Positions 27,901 through 37,074 of a stretch of DNA of 64,000 bases are shown piece after piece (position 1 is the first letter of the stretch; the number at the start of each line of letters is the position of its first letter). The position numbers were made by a program, and so were the translations under genes. The DNA comes from an uncultured virus (IMG/VR IMGVR_UViG_3300021478_000018) (taxonomy: Duplodnaviria; Heunggongvirae; Uroviricota; Caudoviricetes). Location of the stretch: the IMG/VR virus record IMGVR_UViG_3300021478_000018. One strand, 5' to 3'. The notes below the pieces were generated by a model, which was not told the DNA's origin, ran no database searches, and was given only the letters and a program-made list of their open reading frames with translations.

Positions 27901-29665
27901 TCGAGACGCAGCGCAGTCCGGCGTTCGCCGTCCTCGCGGCGGCGGCGGTCGCGAGGGTAATCGCGTTATCGTAGGTTGGACGGAACTCGCCCCGGCTCTG
28001 GTAGGTGTAAAGCTGGGAGACGGTCTGGGGGATGCCCTGCGTCCCCGAGGGACAGGTCTCGGTTACGGTTACCCCGACGGTAATCGTATAGATAAAATCT
28101 TCGACGACGATCGAGGGAGCCGCCGCCGCCTCGCAGACGAGGGCCGCTCCGGCGGCGGTAGAAGCTCCGGCTAAGGCCGCCGCTTCCGCGCTCGCGTAGG
28201 AGGTTAAGGAGAGGCCGGACCCGACGACGGTTACCGGTCGACCGATCGCTCCGGCGGGGCAGACCGCCGTATAAGTCGCCCGGGCGGAATAGGAGGGGGT
28301 AATATCGCCGAAGGAGACGATCGGGGGCGAGTTAAGGGTACATTTTAAGCCCGCTTCCGCTAGCCCCCTCGCGGCGGCGAAAGCGAGGGCGTCGGCGTCG
28401 GCCTGACTCAACGTAGAGGAGCGGGTTACCGTAACCGTATTCGAGGGCCCGTAATACCCTTCGGGGCAGTAGGCCGTAAACGAGGCCGTCGAATAGAAGG
28501 CGGTATAGGTTAAGGGCTCGATCCCGGTAATCGAGACCAGCGGCGGTTCCGGCTCGCAGCGGAGGGCGGCAATCGCTTGCTTCTCCGCCGCGAGAAGGGC
28601 GTTCGCTTCCGCGTCGGCGTAGGAGTAGGCCGAGGAATAGGTCGCGATCGCGGTCGTTGGGGTCCCGTAAAGTCCGGTCGGACAGTACGCGGTATAGCTC
28701 GCCTCGGCTTGGTATGTACTGAGGATCCGGCGGAGCCGGTCCCGGATCGGGATAACGCTATCGGTTAAGACCTTTAGTTTACTTGCGAAAGAATCGACGA
28801 TTTCCGTCGGGTCGGGAACGTCGCGGTCGACGACGATCTCGAAATCGTAAAAGGAGGCCGGATAGATAATCGACGGGTCGAAGATCGGTAGCTCGGTTCC
28901 GGCGGTTACGGTTACCCCGGGGACGGTACTAAGGGGCGGCGAGATCTCGATAATCGCGAGATTGACCGGGAGCCCGTCGCCGGTCGACTCGGTCGTCGGA
29001 GTACTTGAAACGACGGTATAAACCTCGACCCGGTTCGGGAAGAAGATTGTATAGCCCGGGGTCGGCTGGGTAAAGGCGGGGTTATTAAAGAGCCGGACCG
29101 TACTCTCGCCGCCGAGGAGGTTCTCCGCGAGGACCCAGAGGCCATTCTTCTGCCTAAGAGCGAAGGCGTCTTCGTTAAGGATCCCGCCGGGAGCGATCGG
29201 GACCGCCGGTTCGTAGGCGAGATAGGGGTTATTCGAGGCGTCGGCGAGATTGGTCGGGTTCGGGAGGGCGAACGCCGACCAGAGGGTCCTTACGTTAACC
29301 TTAAACCCGAGGAGGGCGGCGACCGCGACGACCGAACGTTCGACCCCTTTCTCGGCTCTAATAGCGGGCCAGGTCCAGACCATTAAGTTTTGCGCGGTCG
29401 GGTCGAAAGCGGTTAGGTCCGGAGCGTTAAGAAGGTTCGCGAGGTAGGGAAGGGTATTCGGCCCCGCGTACCAGGAGTCGTGCCCCGGCGAGATAATCCC
29501 GTTCGTTAGAGCGTAAAGCTCGAACCATTGGTCCGCCCAGGCCGACATTAACATCCGGGCTCCGTTATTCCCGAGCGTCGCGTCTAACTCCTGATAAAAT
29601 AAAGGGAGGAGTTTAAACGGGTCGTACTTATCCGCTCGTAACGAGAAATCGATTTCGGGAGCCAT
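24965..29665 (-). CDS. giant baseplate protein: gpI-like wedge N-terminus, five Cys-paired modules, GTA TIM-barrel-like domain
   Basis: LPYLANLL...IRAEKGVERSV at the N-terminus; GGTQNDASVKATIVALNSAGFKV, ILTELGVPS and WDVR...DG...LNGKL resemble the GTA TIM-barrel family. Confidence 0.7.
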   Translation of the reverse strand: MAPEIDFSLRADKYDPFKLLPLFYQELDATLGNNGARMLMSAWADQWFELYALTNGIISPGHDSWYAGPNTLPYLANLLNAPDLTAFDPTAQNLMVWTWPAIRAEKGVERSVVAVAALLGFKVNVRTLWSAFALPNPTNLADASNNPYLAYEPAVPIAPGGILNEDAFALRQKNGLWVLAENLLGGESTVRLFNNPAFTQPTPGYTIFFPNRVEVYTVVSSTPTTESTGDGLPVNLAIIEISPPLSTVPGVTVTAGTELPIFDPSIIYPASFYDFEIVVDRDVPDPTEIVDSFASKLKVLTDSVIPIRDRLRRILSTYQAEASYTAYCPTGLYGTPTTAIATYSSAYSYADAEANALLAAEKQAIAALRCEPEPPLVSITGIEPLTYTAFYSTASFTAYCPEGYYGPSNTVTVTRSSTLSQADADALAFAAARGLAEAGLKCTLNSPPIVSFGDITPSYSARATYTAVCPAGAIGRPVTVVGSGLSLTSYASAEAAALAGASTAAGAALVCEAAAAPSIVVEDFIYTITVGVTVTETCPSGTQGIPQTVSQLYTYQSRGEFRPTYDNAITLATAAAARTANAGLRCVSNTGPTILIDPPTQVYSATTTVTETCPSGLNIAPGNVVTATYTGSDPASYANAYAIAGSGAAATATAALDCTPPPFNPDSILLTAKDEFGYDPVLRYDNARRPYNSGNDYYYAGTALGSARSDFTRFLAADAPALKARGITTVVLTVDWFTPFNNMASLAPYMSVNFASRIIPSGSGNATWSVAGYNPATASTLPPNAYRGGTQNDASVKATIVALNSAGFKVGINPVVRFIDNTNGVLADRSTVNFDSAPAGSFTTWLTAYSNFLTNYANLFKTVGVNPSIFYLGNSYRGLTNSPVLANRRLFLQTLLTSAASLAATFPSAIITYAARNDEYSFNSTLGDFPLDGLWNSTNVTLGINWYEPSATLTSTTYNKAILGAASGEDMYLTYPNLAETNRLLNTTDGAGKTNAASVSINPGIGSKNLGSYLSTANYHYTPAPSGYAAGATVLPGNAFTDAFSLGGLTTVGNAFLESRFNWFAPRSYGILPRPSSNALTALVVGGGSYASTLLPAPFTAGAVNNITVELDFKPDYAGSPPTSFFPGLASVPDGGFRIEYNGGYRSIRTSIVMSAGANFVTPGVFADDETITSYHVQWAYSPSGAGSAWMVTEGYYSGGTLVSNTLPLGGTPYLLSTTGKLYLGAAGAGTNTFTGSIYRFKLDAVSNASPSVHYGGTYFFDEAYAGTRTGYLAENVPAILTELGVPSIAGGLVEPVIDPTPVPVNPSSTVFGDSTLVPNSDAGNAGLLIAQLASLAIGGVLRSFSIYLDAVDGKITFGLYDATGPVGNPGNLLTSTPPVTPTTPGWYTLTLAAPIFIPAGNYYLAFLTNSNLMTFRTQTVTGSFSYVGVPFGPLPASFPFTTLGGTGDWSFYGSITVGGPIALPGWLDPAENAYLTGVLATGYSFSDLRGPYGSSFKRDNLSQLLGATANLAAVRAAGINRNLVISEWDVRSPGAFSALSNGAYVYYDGPLYPYRRVLNGKLLLG

Positions 29666-29677
29666 TTCTTTCGCGGA

Positions 29678-32515
29678 TTAGTTAAGGACGAGGTTCGAGA
29701 GGAAATACATCGTCGAAGGGAGGGGCGGTTTAAAGATCGGGGTCGCCCCGATCGGAGCGTCGAACCGGACGGAATTTAATTTCGTAATCGCGACGATCGA
29801 AGCTTCGGCGGAGAGAAGGTTCCCGGGGGTAAACTTCTTCGGCCCGAGTTCGAAGGTATTGTAATTAAGATCGTGGGTATCGTAGAAGAACTGCTGCCCT
29901 ATGTAGGTAATTCCGCCCGAGACGAAGATAAGCGTTCCCGGGGAAAGCTCGTTATAATCGTTGAGATCGGGCGCTCTCGTTAGGGACCAGGGCGCGTTCG
30001 GGGTCGCCATTCCCCCGACGACGTAAACCCCGTTCTCGTAGGAGGCGCTCTGCCCTAATAAGAGGAGTCGGTCGCCCGGTTTAAGGTTCGTCCCGTCGAT
30101 ATTTAAAACCGAGGAAGCCGAGGCGTTCGTTAGGTCGACGTCGACGTTATCGGCGACCCGGACCGGGAGCGCCGAATTAACTTGTCCGGCGAGGGTCGCG
30201 TTAATTTTCGCCGTAATTCCGGCGATGGTAACCCCGTACCCGGGCCGGAGATCGAAGAAAAGCTCCTCGATATCTTTCCGGATCTCTTCCTCGGCGAGCT
30301 GGGCGTTCGGGTAAAGGGCGGCGTTAATGTAGACCGCGACCCCGATATTTATACTCCAGGCCAGCACGGCGATATCGCCCGGGATGACGATCGAGTTAAG
30401 GTTCCGGGGGTAAAGGTCGCCGATCGTCCGAAGCGAGGAGGGAGTAATCGAAAGGTCGGTCGGCTGATTAGGGTCGACGTAATCGAGGTAGAGCGCCCGC
30501 ATACGGACCTGGAGGACGCCGGGTAGATTCTCTAGGACCCCGTAGACGTCGGAGAGAAGGAGCGGGCTTCCGTCGACGACCGAGGAAGAGTTAAAGAGGG
30601 AGATAATCGTCGCCTCGGCGGCGACCCGGGTCGCGGTATTATCGTAAGTCGGGCCGATCTGGAGGTCGGCGACGAGGATCGCCGGGTCGACTTCGCCCTG
30701 GAGGACGGTCGGTACATCGGTCATCATCGCGTACCCGCCGAGAAACTCCTGGACGTTGGCGATTAGGGCGGCGGAGGGCGGGACCATTATCGAGTAGTAG
30801 GTCCCCGGGACCGCCGCGCTCGGCGGCGACCATTGCGCTACCGTCCAGGTATTAACGTAAATTAGGTTCCCGCCGTACTGGATCGCGTTTAACGCTTGAT
30901 TAATTGTGGCCTGGGAGATACTCCCGATCGCCCCGGCCCAAAGGGGGAAGTTCTGGAGGACGAGGGTTTTATAATCGTTCGCGGTAACCCCCCGGCTATT
31001 CGTCGAGTAGTAGGTCGGGATATTCGCTTTAAGCGAGTCGACGTCTTCGCCGTAAGCGCCGCCCTGGCCGTACGAATTAGCGTTGGAGATCTGGATCGAG
31101 ACGGTATCGCTTCCCCGTTCGCCGGAAGCGATTAGGTTAAAAGAGTTAACCGGGACGTTCCCTTCCGGACCGCCGCCGACGAGGTAGTCGACGGTTACGA
31201 CCCCGAGCGGCTGCTTCCCGAGGATCCCGTTCCCGAACCGGACCTCGTAAGTATCCTCGCTCGTTTCGACTAGTTGATAGCTACGGTAAGAGGGGCTATT
31301 AAAGGTGGCCTGATTTAAGTTATCGACCCGGGCCCATTCGACCGGCGAACCGTCGGGGTGCGTAAGGCCGTCCTGGTCGTAGACGGTGACCGAAGCCGGG
31401 ATAACCGGGGTCGAAAGGAGCGCGAACGCGGAGGGGACGGCGGTTTTCGTCGCCGGAAACTGATCCATGCGGCTAGAGCCGTTAACGAGGATAACCGAGC
31501 GGTTCTGGATATTGAAGCCGACGTTTACGTCGTCGAATCCGCCCGGGGCGGTCGGGCCGAACGGGGTCGAGAGAGTAATCGAGAGCCGGTCTCCGGCGAC
31601 CGCCGCGATCGCGAACCAGGCCGCCCCGCAGCAACTCGTCAACCCATTCATCCGGAAGTATTGCGTCGCCAGGATGGTCGCCGGTAGCGCGGTCGTAAAG
31701 GTTACCAGGGTCGAGTTAAGGGTCGCGGTCGCGGTCGCGTTAAAGGTCCCGAACGGGACCGCCGAAAGGATCGTCCGGGAGGAGGCGGCGTCGCTTCCCG
31801 CCGTCTTAATAACGAAGGAGCCGGTAAAGACCGCGTTCCAAGGGAGATCGAGGGTTAGAACGCTCTTATCGGTCGTCATCGACGCTATCCGGTACCAGGC
31901 CGGATAAGCCCCCTGCGAGGCAATCCACATTCCGGCCTGTACCGATAGGGCGTGCCGACCGGCGGTATCGCCGAGATGAAAGTGGATCTCGGTTTCTCCG
32001 GCGATAAAGTCGAGGAGGAGCCCTTGGGGGGCCGTGTCGGATTGGGAGGCGACGGCGACCGTCGGGGTTAGAGCGCCGGGCTGAATAACGCAATCCTCGG
32101 CGACTTGAAATAATTGGCCTTGGAGGCTTTTAACTTGGGTCCCGGCGGGGAGGATCGCCGGGACGGTATTCGGCGCGGTAATCATGGTCGCGTCCGCGAG
32201 GACGACCGCCGCCGTCCGCCCGACCGGGACGTACCCGACGTTCCCGGCGAGGGTTAAAACCGAGTCCTTTAGTTTAGCGGTCGCGAGATAGGTCTCGGAG
32301 ATCTCGGTATCGAGGTTCCAGGATAGGATCGCCGACTGGTAAGCGCCGACTTCGAGGAGGGGTAGACCGGCGTTCGCGGCGCTAAAGTCCTGCCAGCGGG
32401 TCGGGAAGTTTACCTTAAGGAATTGGATCGAGGCCGCGAGAATCGTCGGAAAATCCCGCGCCGAGTAAACGATTTTCGGGGCGACGTAGGTAGGGTTAGC
32501 GCTGGTACTCGACAT
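29678..32515 (-). CDS. baseplate wedge protein (T4 gp6 / baseplate J-like)
   Basis: YSARDF...WQDF...LLEVGAY...ETYLATA, YEVRFGNGILGKQP, RGVTANDY. Confidence 0.85.
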   Translation of the reverse strand: MSSTSANPTYVAPKIVYSARDFPTILAASIQFLKVNFPTRWQDFSAANAGLPLLEVGAYQSAILSWNLDTEISETYLATAKLKDSVLTLAGNVGYVPVGRTAAVVLADATMITAPNTVPAILPAGTQVKSLQGQLFQVAEDCVIQPGALTPTVAVASQSDTAPQGLLLDFIAGETEIHFHLGDTAGRHALSVQAGMWIASQGAYPAWYRIASMTTDKSVLTLDLPWNAVFTGSFVIKTAGSDAASSRTILSAVPFGTFNATATATLNSTLVTFTTALPATILATQYFRMNGLTSCCGAAWFAIAAVAGDRLSITLSTPFGPTAPGGFDDVNVGFNIQNRSVILVNGSSRMDQFPATKTAVPSAFALLSTPVIPASVTVYDQDGLTHPDGSPVEWARVDNLNQATFNSPSYRSYQLVETSEDTYEVRFGNGILGKQPLGVVTVDYLVGGGPEGNVPVNSFNLIASGERGSDTVSIQISNANSYGQGGAYGEDVDSLKANIPTYYSTNSRGVTANDYKTLVLQNFPLWAGAIGSISQATINQALNAIQYGGNLIYVNTWTVAQWSPPSAAVPGTYYSIMVPPSAALIANVQEFLGGYAMMTDVPTVLQGEVDPAILVADLQIGPTYDNTATRVAAEATIISLFNSSSVVDGSPLLLSDVYGVLENLPGVLQVRMRALYLDYVDPNQPTDLSITPSSLRTIGDLYPRNLNSIVIPGDIAVLAWSINIGVAVYINAALYPNAQLAEEEIRKDIEELFFDLRPGYGVTIAGITAKINATLAGQVNSALPVRVADNVDVDLTNASASSVLNIDGTNLKPGDRLLLLGQSASYENGVYVVGGMATPNAPWSLTRAPDLNDYNELSPGTLIFVSGGITYIGQQFFYDTHDLNYNTFELGPKKFTPGNLLSAEASIVAITKLNSVRFDAPIGATPIFKPPLPSTMYFLSNLVLN

Positions 32516-32525
32516 AAAAAAACTC

Positions 32526-33011
32526 TTAAGCGGGCGGGGTATACGAGGTAGAGTAGGTAAAGATATCGTCCGGGGTACTTCCGAGGATCCGGAGGGTAAC
32601 CGAGAGGTAGACCTGATTATTGTTTTCGTCGGAGTTTACGCTTACCCCTTGGACGGCGACTCGGGGTTCGTACGCTTCGATCGTGGAACGGATCGCCGAC
32701 TGGGCGGTGGCGGTCGTTTTCGCGTCGAGGACCTCGAAGACGAGGGCGTCTAGATTTAACCCGTACCCCGGCAACCAGAGCCTCTCCCCGGGCCGGGTCC
32801 CGAAGAGACTGTTAATCGAGGAGGTTAAAGCCTCCTTATAAGTCATCGGCGACGGGAAGATCGGCCCCGGACGGGCGATCGGGACCGTTACGTTCGGGTC
32901 GACGAGGGCGAGGGGCGCTCCTAAATAGGTATTTTTCGAGAGAATCGGCCCGTACCAGGACGGTACGGTCGTCTTCCGGGAAGTCGTCGGGTTACGGAAC
33001 GAGGTCGGCAT
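32526..33011 (-). CDS. baseplate wedge subunit (T4 gp25 / gpW-like)
   Basis: SINSLFGTRPGERLWLPGYG...IEAYEPRV. Confidence 0.9.
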   Translation of the reverse strand: MPTSFRNPTTSRKTTVPSWYGPILSKNTYLGAPLALVDPNVTVPIARPGPIFPSPMTYKEALTSSINSLFGTRPGERLWLPGYGLNLDALVFEVLDAKTTATAQSAIRSTIEAYEPRVAVQGVSVNSDENNNQVYLSVTLRILGSTPDDIFTYSTSYTPPA

Positions 33012-33045
33012 AGCTCGCCCCGTAAATATCTTTTACGGGCCCGGC

Positions 33046-35241
33046 CTAATAATTCGCGGGGTTCTCGTCGACGAGCGCCTTCGTAACCCGCCGGATTAGC
33101 GCCTCGTCCCAGCCGGAAATCGTGTGCATCGTTTCGATATCCGCGACCCCGGCTTTATTAATCGTCCGGGCGATCTCTTCGTAAACCGAGACGATTTCGG
33201 GGCTCGCTTTTAAATCCGCGAAGGCGATCTTTTTCCGTTTCGCCGAGCCTTTTACATCCATCCCGTCGATCGCGTTATTTATAAAATCGGGGAGCGAAAG
33301 GGGCATATCGGTAACGCTCGTCCCGAGGATCATACTGTAGTGGTAGACGTAAACTCGTCTCGGTAAGGAGGGTAACCGCTCGAAACTGATCTTGTAGACC
33401 CGGAGCGGGGAAGTAGGGTAGTCCCGCTTTTCCGGATAAGCTTCGACTTCGAGGACGCTACCCGTCGCTCGCGAGGTCATTCTAATCCGAGGATCGTGAA
33501 ACGTCGTTTCGCAATAATCCGGGTACCGGTTTTCGAGATCGCTACAGAGTTTCGTCCAGATCGCTTTCGGGACCGGCGTCGTCTCTTCGACGAGCCGCGC
33601 TTCGATTAGCCGTCCCTCATCCCAACCGCTTATCGTATGCATCGTTTCGACGTCGGGAGTTTTCTCCGAGTACCACTTTCCTTTTTCATAATTGAGACGC
33701 CCTTTCCAATCGCCCGCTAGACTCGACGCGAAATAGAGAATAATCGGTAAAGCCTTCGAGCCGAGAGTGTGCTGGGAAATAATTTTGAATCTTCCGGTTT
33801 CGCTTCCGCGATATTTAGAAATAACGATATCCCCGGGTTTTAGTCCGGCCCAGTCTTCTAGGGTAACCGGTAGTAAATTTTCCGTTAGCCGTCCCTCATC
33901 CCAACCGGAAATCGTATGCATCGTTTCGACTTCGGGAGCGTTTTCGAGTTCCTGGATAAAGCGGTTAACGATCCCTTCGATCTTCCCGGATTCGGGAGCG
34001 GTCGTTATCGCCCGGTATTTTTGAGGGTTGAGGTCGGTTCCGATTGCGAGCTGCCGGGAGAAGATTTTTTCGAGGGTATCGTCCTCGACGAGAAAGCCGT
34101 CGAGATAGATTCGTTTTACGCCGTAGGTAATCGAGTATTTGAGTTGATTATTGCGACCGGCGTAAACTGGGTCGTAAAAGTGGATGAGTTCGAACTGGAA
34201 GCCTTTTTGCCCCGGATATTTCGGGTTCGGGAAAACTAAGGTCCAATGGCCCCAATCCGACTGGGCGAGCCGGTAACCGAGCGACTCGTTCTCTTTCGCC
34301 CACTTAATCGCCTTCTCGTACGCTTCCGGGGTTACTTTTAAGAGCGGTCCGGATTCTTCCGTTCCCGCTTCCTCGAACCGCCGGATTAACGCCTCGTCCC
34401 AGCCGCTTATCTCGTGCATCGTTTCGATATCGGGAGCCGGGTTTAAGATAGTTAAGATCTTCCCCATCGACACCTCGTATAACGAAGCGACCTCTTTATA
34501 GGCCGCTTTATAGTAACGGGCTAAGGAGACGAGGAGCTTATTTAGATCATCCGTCGAAGCGGTTCCCGAAGCTTTTAAAGCGAGCTTCGAGAAATAAGCG
34601 AAATCGTCGATCCGGTTAATCTCGAAAGGAACGTCATGGAGCCAAACTATCTTCTTTTCTAAGTCGAAACTTAACCGGCCTCTTTTATTAAACCCGTTTA
34701 ATTCGACCGTTAGTTCGTTTTGGTTTCGATAGATCTCGAAACCGAACCGTACCCTTCCCGGGTAAGAGCGGCCTTTAACCGGGACCTCGATATCTTTAAA
34801 CCAAGCGTTTTTCCAGTTCGTAAACCCTAACGGGGTTAGAACGTCGTTGATCTTTCTTAAGAAAACTTCTTCGTCTTCGGGGCTTTCGACGATCGGTTCT
34901 TTCGCGATTATCGCCTCGTCCCAGTTACTAATCGTATGCATCGTCTCGATCTCCGGCGGTAAAGGTTCGGGCTCGATCCCGAGCGCCCGGGCGAGATCGG
35001 CTTCGACCGTTTTCTTATAGGCGGGAGAAGGGTCCTCGATCCCGGCGAGCGATTCGCTCCGTCCGTCGGGGCTCGTCGCGACGCAGTAGTAATATTCCCC
35101 GTCGTAGGCGTCTTCCCCTTCGCCCCCGGGATCTTCTTCCGTATCGAGGTACCATTTAAATTTAACGTCGAAGTCGTCTTCCGCCGTCCGGACGAGGCGT
35201 TCGTCGTCTAGTTCCCGAGGATCTTTTACTTTCCGGGCCAT
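33046..35241 (-). CDS. putative polyprotein of five unrelated modules, each ending in an ETMH tag
   Basis: Five copies of xx[IV]ETMH[TE]IS[GN]WDE within one 731-aa ORF in the structural operon. Confidence 0.8.
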   Translation of the reverse strand: MARKVKDPRELDDERLVRTAEDDFDVKFKWYLDTEEDPGGEGEDAYDGEYYYCVATSPDGRSESLAGIEDPSPAYKKTVEADLARALGIEPEPLPPEIETMHTISNWDEAIIAKEPIVESPEDEEVFLRKINDVLTPLGFTNWKNAWFKDIEVPVKGRSYPGRVRFGFEIYRNQNELTVELNGFNKRGRLSFDLEKKIVWLHDVPFEINRIDDFAYFSKLALKASGTASTDDLNKLLVSLARYYKAAYKEVASLYEVSMGKILTILNPAPDIETMHEISGWDEALIRRFEEAGTEESGPLLKVTPEAYEKAIKWAKENESLGYRLAQSDWGHWTLVFPNPKYPGQKGFQFELIHFYDPVYAGRNNQLKYSITYGVKRIYLDGFLVEDDTLEKIFSRQLAIGTDLNPQKYRAITTAPESGKIEGIVNRFIQELENAPEVETMHTISGWDEGRLTENLLPVTLEDWAGLKPGDIVISKYRGSETGRFKIISQHTLGSKALPIILYFASSLAGDWKGRLNYEKGKWYSEKTPDVETMHTISGWDEGRLIEARLVEETTPVPKAIWTKLCSDLENRYPDYCETTFHDPRIRMTSRATGSVLEVEAYPEKRDYPTSPLRVYKISFERLPSLPRRVYVYHYSMILGTSVTDMPLSLPDFINNAIDGMDVKGSAKRKKIAFADLKASPEIVSVYEEIARTINKAGVADIETMHTISGWDEALIRRVTKALVDENPANY
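33100..34956 (-). repeat. five 45-nt coding repeats of the ETMH tag
   Basis: 34912-34956, 34390-34434, 33892-33936, 33613-33657, 33100-33144. Confidence 0.95.
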
Positions 35242-35249
35242 AAGGCTCT

Positions 35250-36089
35250 CTAGGAACCGTCGAAGGTCGGGGTCGTATCGACTTCTTTAAGGTTACTTTT
35301 CGCGGTCTGACTACTGCCGCAATTTAGATTAATCTGGGAGGCTTGGATATTAACGACGGAATCGGAGTTAACGTTAACCGAGCTAGCGCCTTCGACGACG
35401 AGATCTCCGGACGAATAGATAATAACCTTATTACCCCGGATCTGAACGGCGGAATCGCAATCGATCGAGACGATATCCGCTCCCTTAATCGAGACCGTCC
35501 CTTTCGCTTTTATCTCGGTTAGACCGGCCTGGGAGATGCTAATGTAGTCGCCGGTCGGAGCGATCGCGATAATTTTCTCCGCGCCGGAGCGGTTATCGAT
35601 TTGGACCATACTCCCGTTCGGCGAGGTATAGTTGTAGTTATCGGGGGAGTTCCCGTTCTTCGCGAACGTGTATTTCGGGACCCCGGTTAAGCCTTCCGGT
35701 TTCGTCGGGGCTCCGCCGAAATACATCGGGTAGCGGTGATCGCCGCCCTCGAAGGCGACGATAACCGGAGCGCCGAGCGGGGGGACGTTCGCGCTCCCGC
35801 CCGCGCCGGTCTTTCCGGAGGAGGTCCCGTTCGCCGCGCCGGTCTGTCCCTTATTGGAGGTCGGCCACGACGGCGAGCAGGGATAGATCCAGGGCAGCTC
35901 GTCCGTAGGGACGTTCCCGTAGATATGGGGGAGGGCGACCTTAATCCGGTTCTGCTTATCGGGATCGTCCCGGCTTATAACGATCCCGCGATGGAAGCCG
36001 GGATGAGCGCCGGAGAAGGAAGCCCGGGTTTCCGTCCCGCGATCGCGGGGAAGTTCGTCCGACGTCTCTAACTCATTCTTTCCGGCCAT
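35250..36089 (-). CDS. baseplate spike (gp5 OB-fold / gpV / VgrG-like)
   Basis: HRGIVISRDDPDKQNRIKV, VPPLGAPVIVAFEGGD..YP, C-terminal beta-helix ending INLN. Confidence 0.9.
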   Translation of the reverse strand: MAGKNELETSDELPRDRGTETRASFSGAHPGFHRGIVISRDDPDKQNRIKVALPHIYGNVPTDELPWIYPCSPSWPTSNKGQTGAANGTSSGKTGAGGSANVPPLGAPVIVAFEGGDHRYPMYFGGAPTKPEGLTGVPKYTFAKNGNSPDNYNYTSPNGSMVQIDNRSGAEKIIAIAPTGDYISISQAGLTEIKAKGTVSIKGADIVSIDCDSAVQIRGNKVIIYSSGDLVVEGASSVNVNSDSVVNIQASQINLNCGSSQTAKSNLKEVDTTPTFDGS

Positions 36090-36261
36090 TCGCTTTCTCC
36101 TCTTCTTCGCTAAGTTTTTCTAGCTCGATCGCTTCCCGGATAAGGGCGCGGATGAGACGCTGGGAGAGGCGGTACTCGTTATCGGAGAGGTCCGAGGCCC
36201 AGCTCGGAAACTCGTCGAGAAAATTATCCCAGAGGTCATCGATTTGTTCGTCCGTAATCAT
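36073..36261 (-). CDS. small acidic hypothetical protein
   Basis: 62-aa ORF coupled to the spike gene. Confidence 0.55.
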   Translation of the reverse strand: MITDEQIDDLWDNFLDEFPSWASDLSDNEYRLSQRLIRALIREAIELEKLSEEEEKANGRKE

Positions 36262-37056
36262 TTAGACGCGATAGAAATTTTCGCCGCCTCGTTTATGCGG
36301 AGTCTCTCCTCCCGGCTTTCTCGGCGGCGGGGCGTCCGAGAGCATCTCTTCCGGGGTTACCCCCCGGCTCCGTAACGATTTAAAAAGCGAGGCTCCCGAA
36401 TTACCGACTTCGCCGCTCGCCGCCGCCGGATCTAACCCGAGGCGGATGAGCTTCTTTTCGAGGTCGTTATAAGCGATCTCGACTAAGAGCGTTTCTTTCT
36501 CGATTAAACGATCGAGCGTCTCGACCGTCTCTTCCGTTCCCGGTTCCTCGTAGCCGGTGGTATGGGTATCCTCGGGTTCGACGGCGGGAATGAGAACCTG
36601 ACGGAAAGTCTGGTAGGCGCGTTCGAGGTCGTGGGGGACGCCGAGGGAGGCGACCTTCTTCGCCGCCTCGTAACGGGGCGAATCTTTCGCCTTCTTTAAC
36701 TCGGAGACGACGAAGGCCTGGAGCGATTTCGGGAGGCTAAGAATCGCCTTATAGTTTTTAAGCGGGCGTTCGCCCCGGAACCCCGTCGTACTCCCCCGTA
36801 AATCGGGATCGATATAGAAGCCGAAGGTCGGCGGAGCGGCGTTCGTTACCGTTAACCATAGATAGTAGTTGCTATGTCCCTCCACCCCCCATAGGTAATC
36901 GGTTCGCGGGCCGCGATGATCCTCGGACCAGCCGTCCGTTCCCCGTAACCCTTTTAGGAGCGTCATTAGCTCCCCTTTCCAGATCTCCTTTTGAACGGCC
37001 TTATTTCCCGCTTCGAGAAGCGCTTCGTCGTCTCCGATCGTTTTATTTAAATCCAT
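36262..37056 (-). CDS. hypothetical protein, possible internal head protein
   Basis: In the structural operon; LLE-A near the N-terminus, LIE and LVE after a degenerate tag DTHTTGYEE. Confidence 0.65.
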   Translation of the reverse strand: MDLNKTIGDDEALLEAGNKAVQKEIWKGELMTLLKGLRGTDGWSEDHRGPRTDYLWGVEGHSNYYLWLTVTNAAPPTFGFYIDPDLRGSTTGFRGERPLKNYKAILSLPKSLQAFVVSELKKAKDSPRYEAAKKVASLGVPHDLERAYQTFRQVLIPAVEPEDTHTTGYEEPGTEETVETLDRLIEKETLLVEIAYNDLEKKLIRLGLDPAAASGEVGNSGASLFKSLRSRGVTPEEMLSDAPPPRKPGGETPHKRGGENFYRV

Positions 37057-37074
37057 ACTCTCGCGGGGGGAGCG

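Noticed and set aside
14512..32093. Many Arg/Gly-rich plus-strand and alternative-frame ORFs overlapping the structural genes
   Set aside because: These are shadow ORFs of GC-rich, TGA-poor coding sequence with no recognisable motifs.
33100..34956. ETMH repeats as a CRISPR array or DGR template/variable repeats
   Set aside because: The repeats are in frame, vary mainly at synonymous positions and are 279-522 nt apart; no cas gene or reverse transcriptase is in the window.
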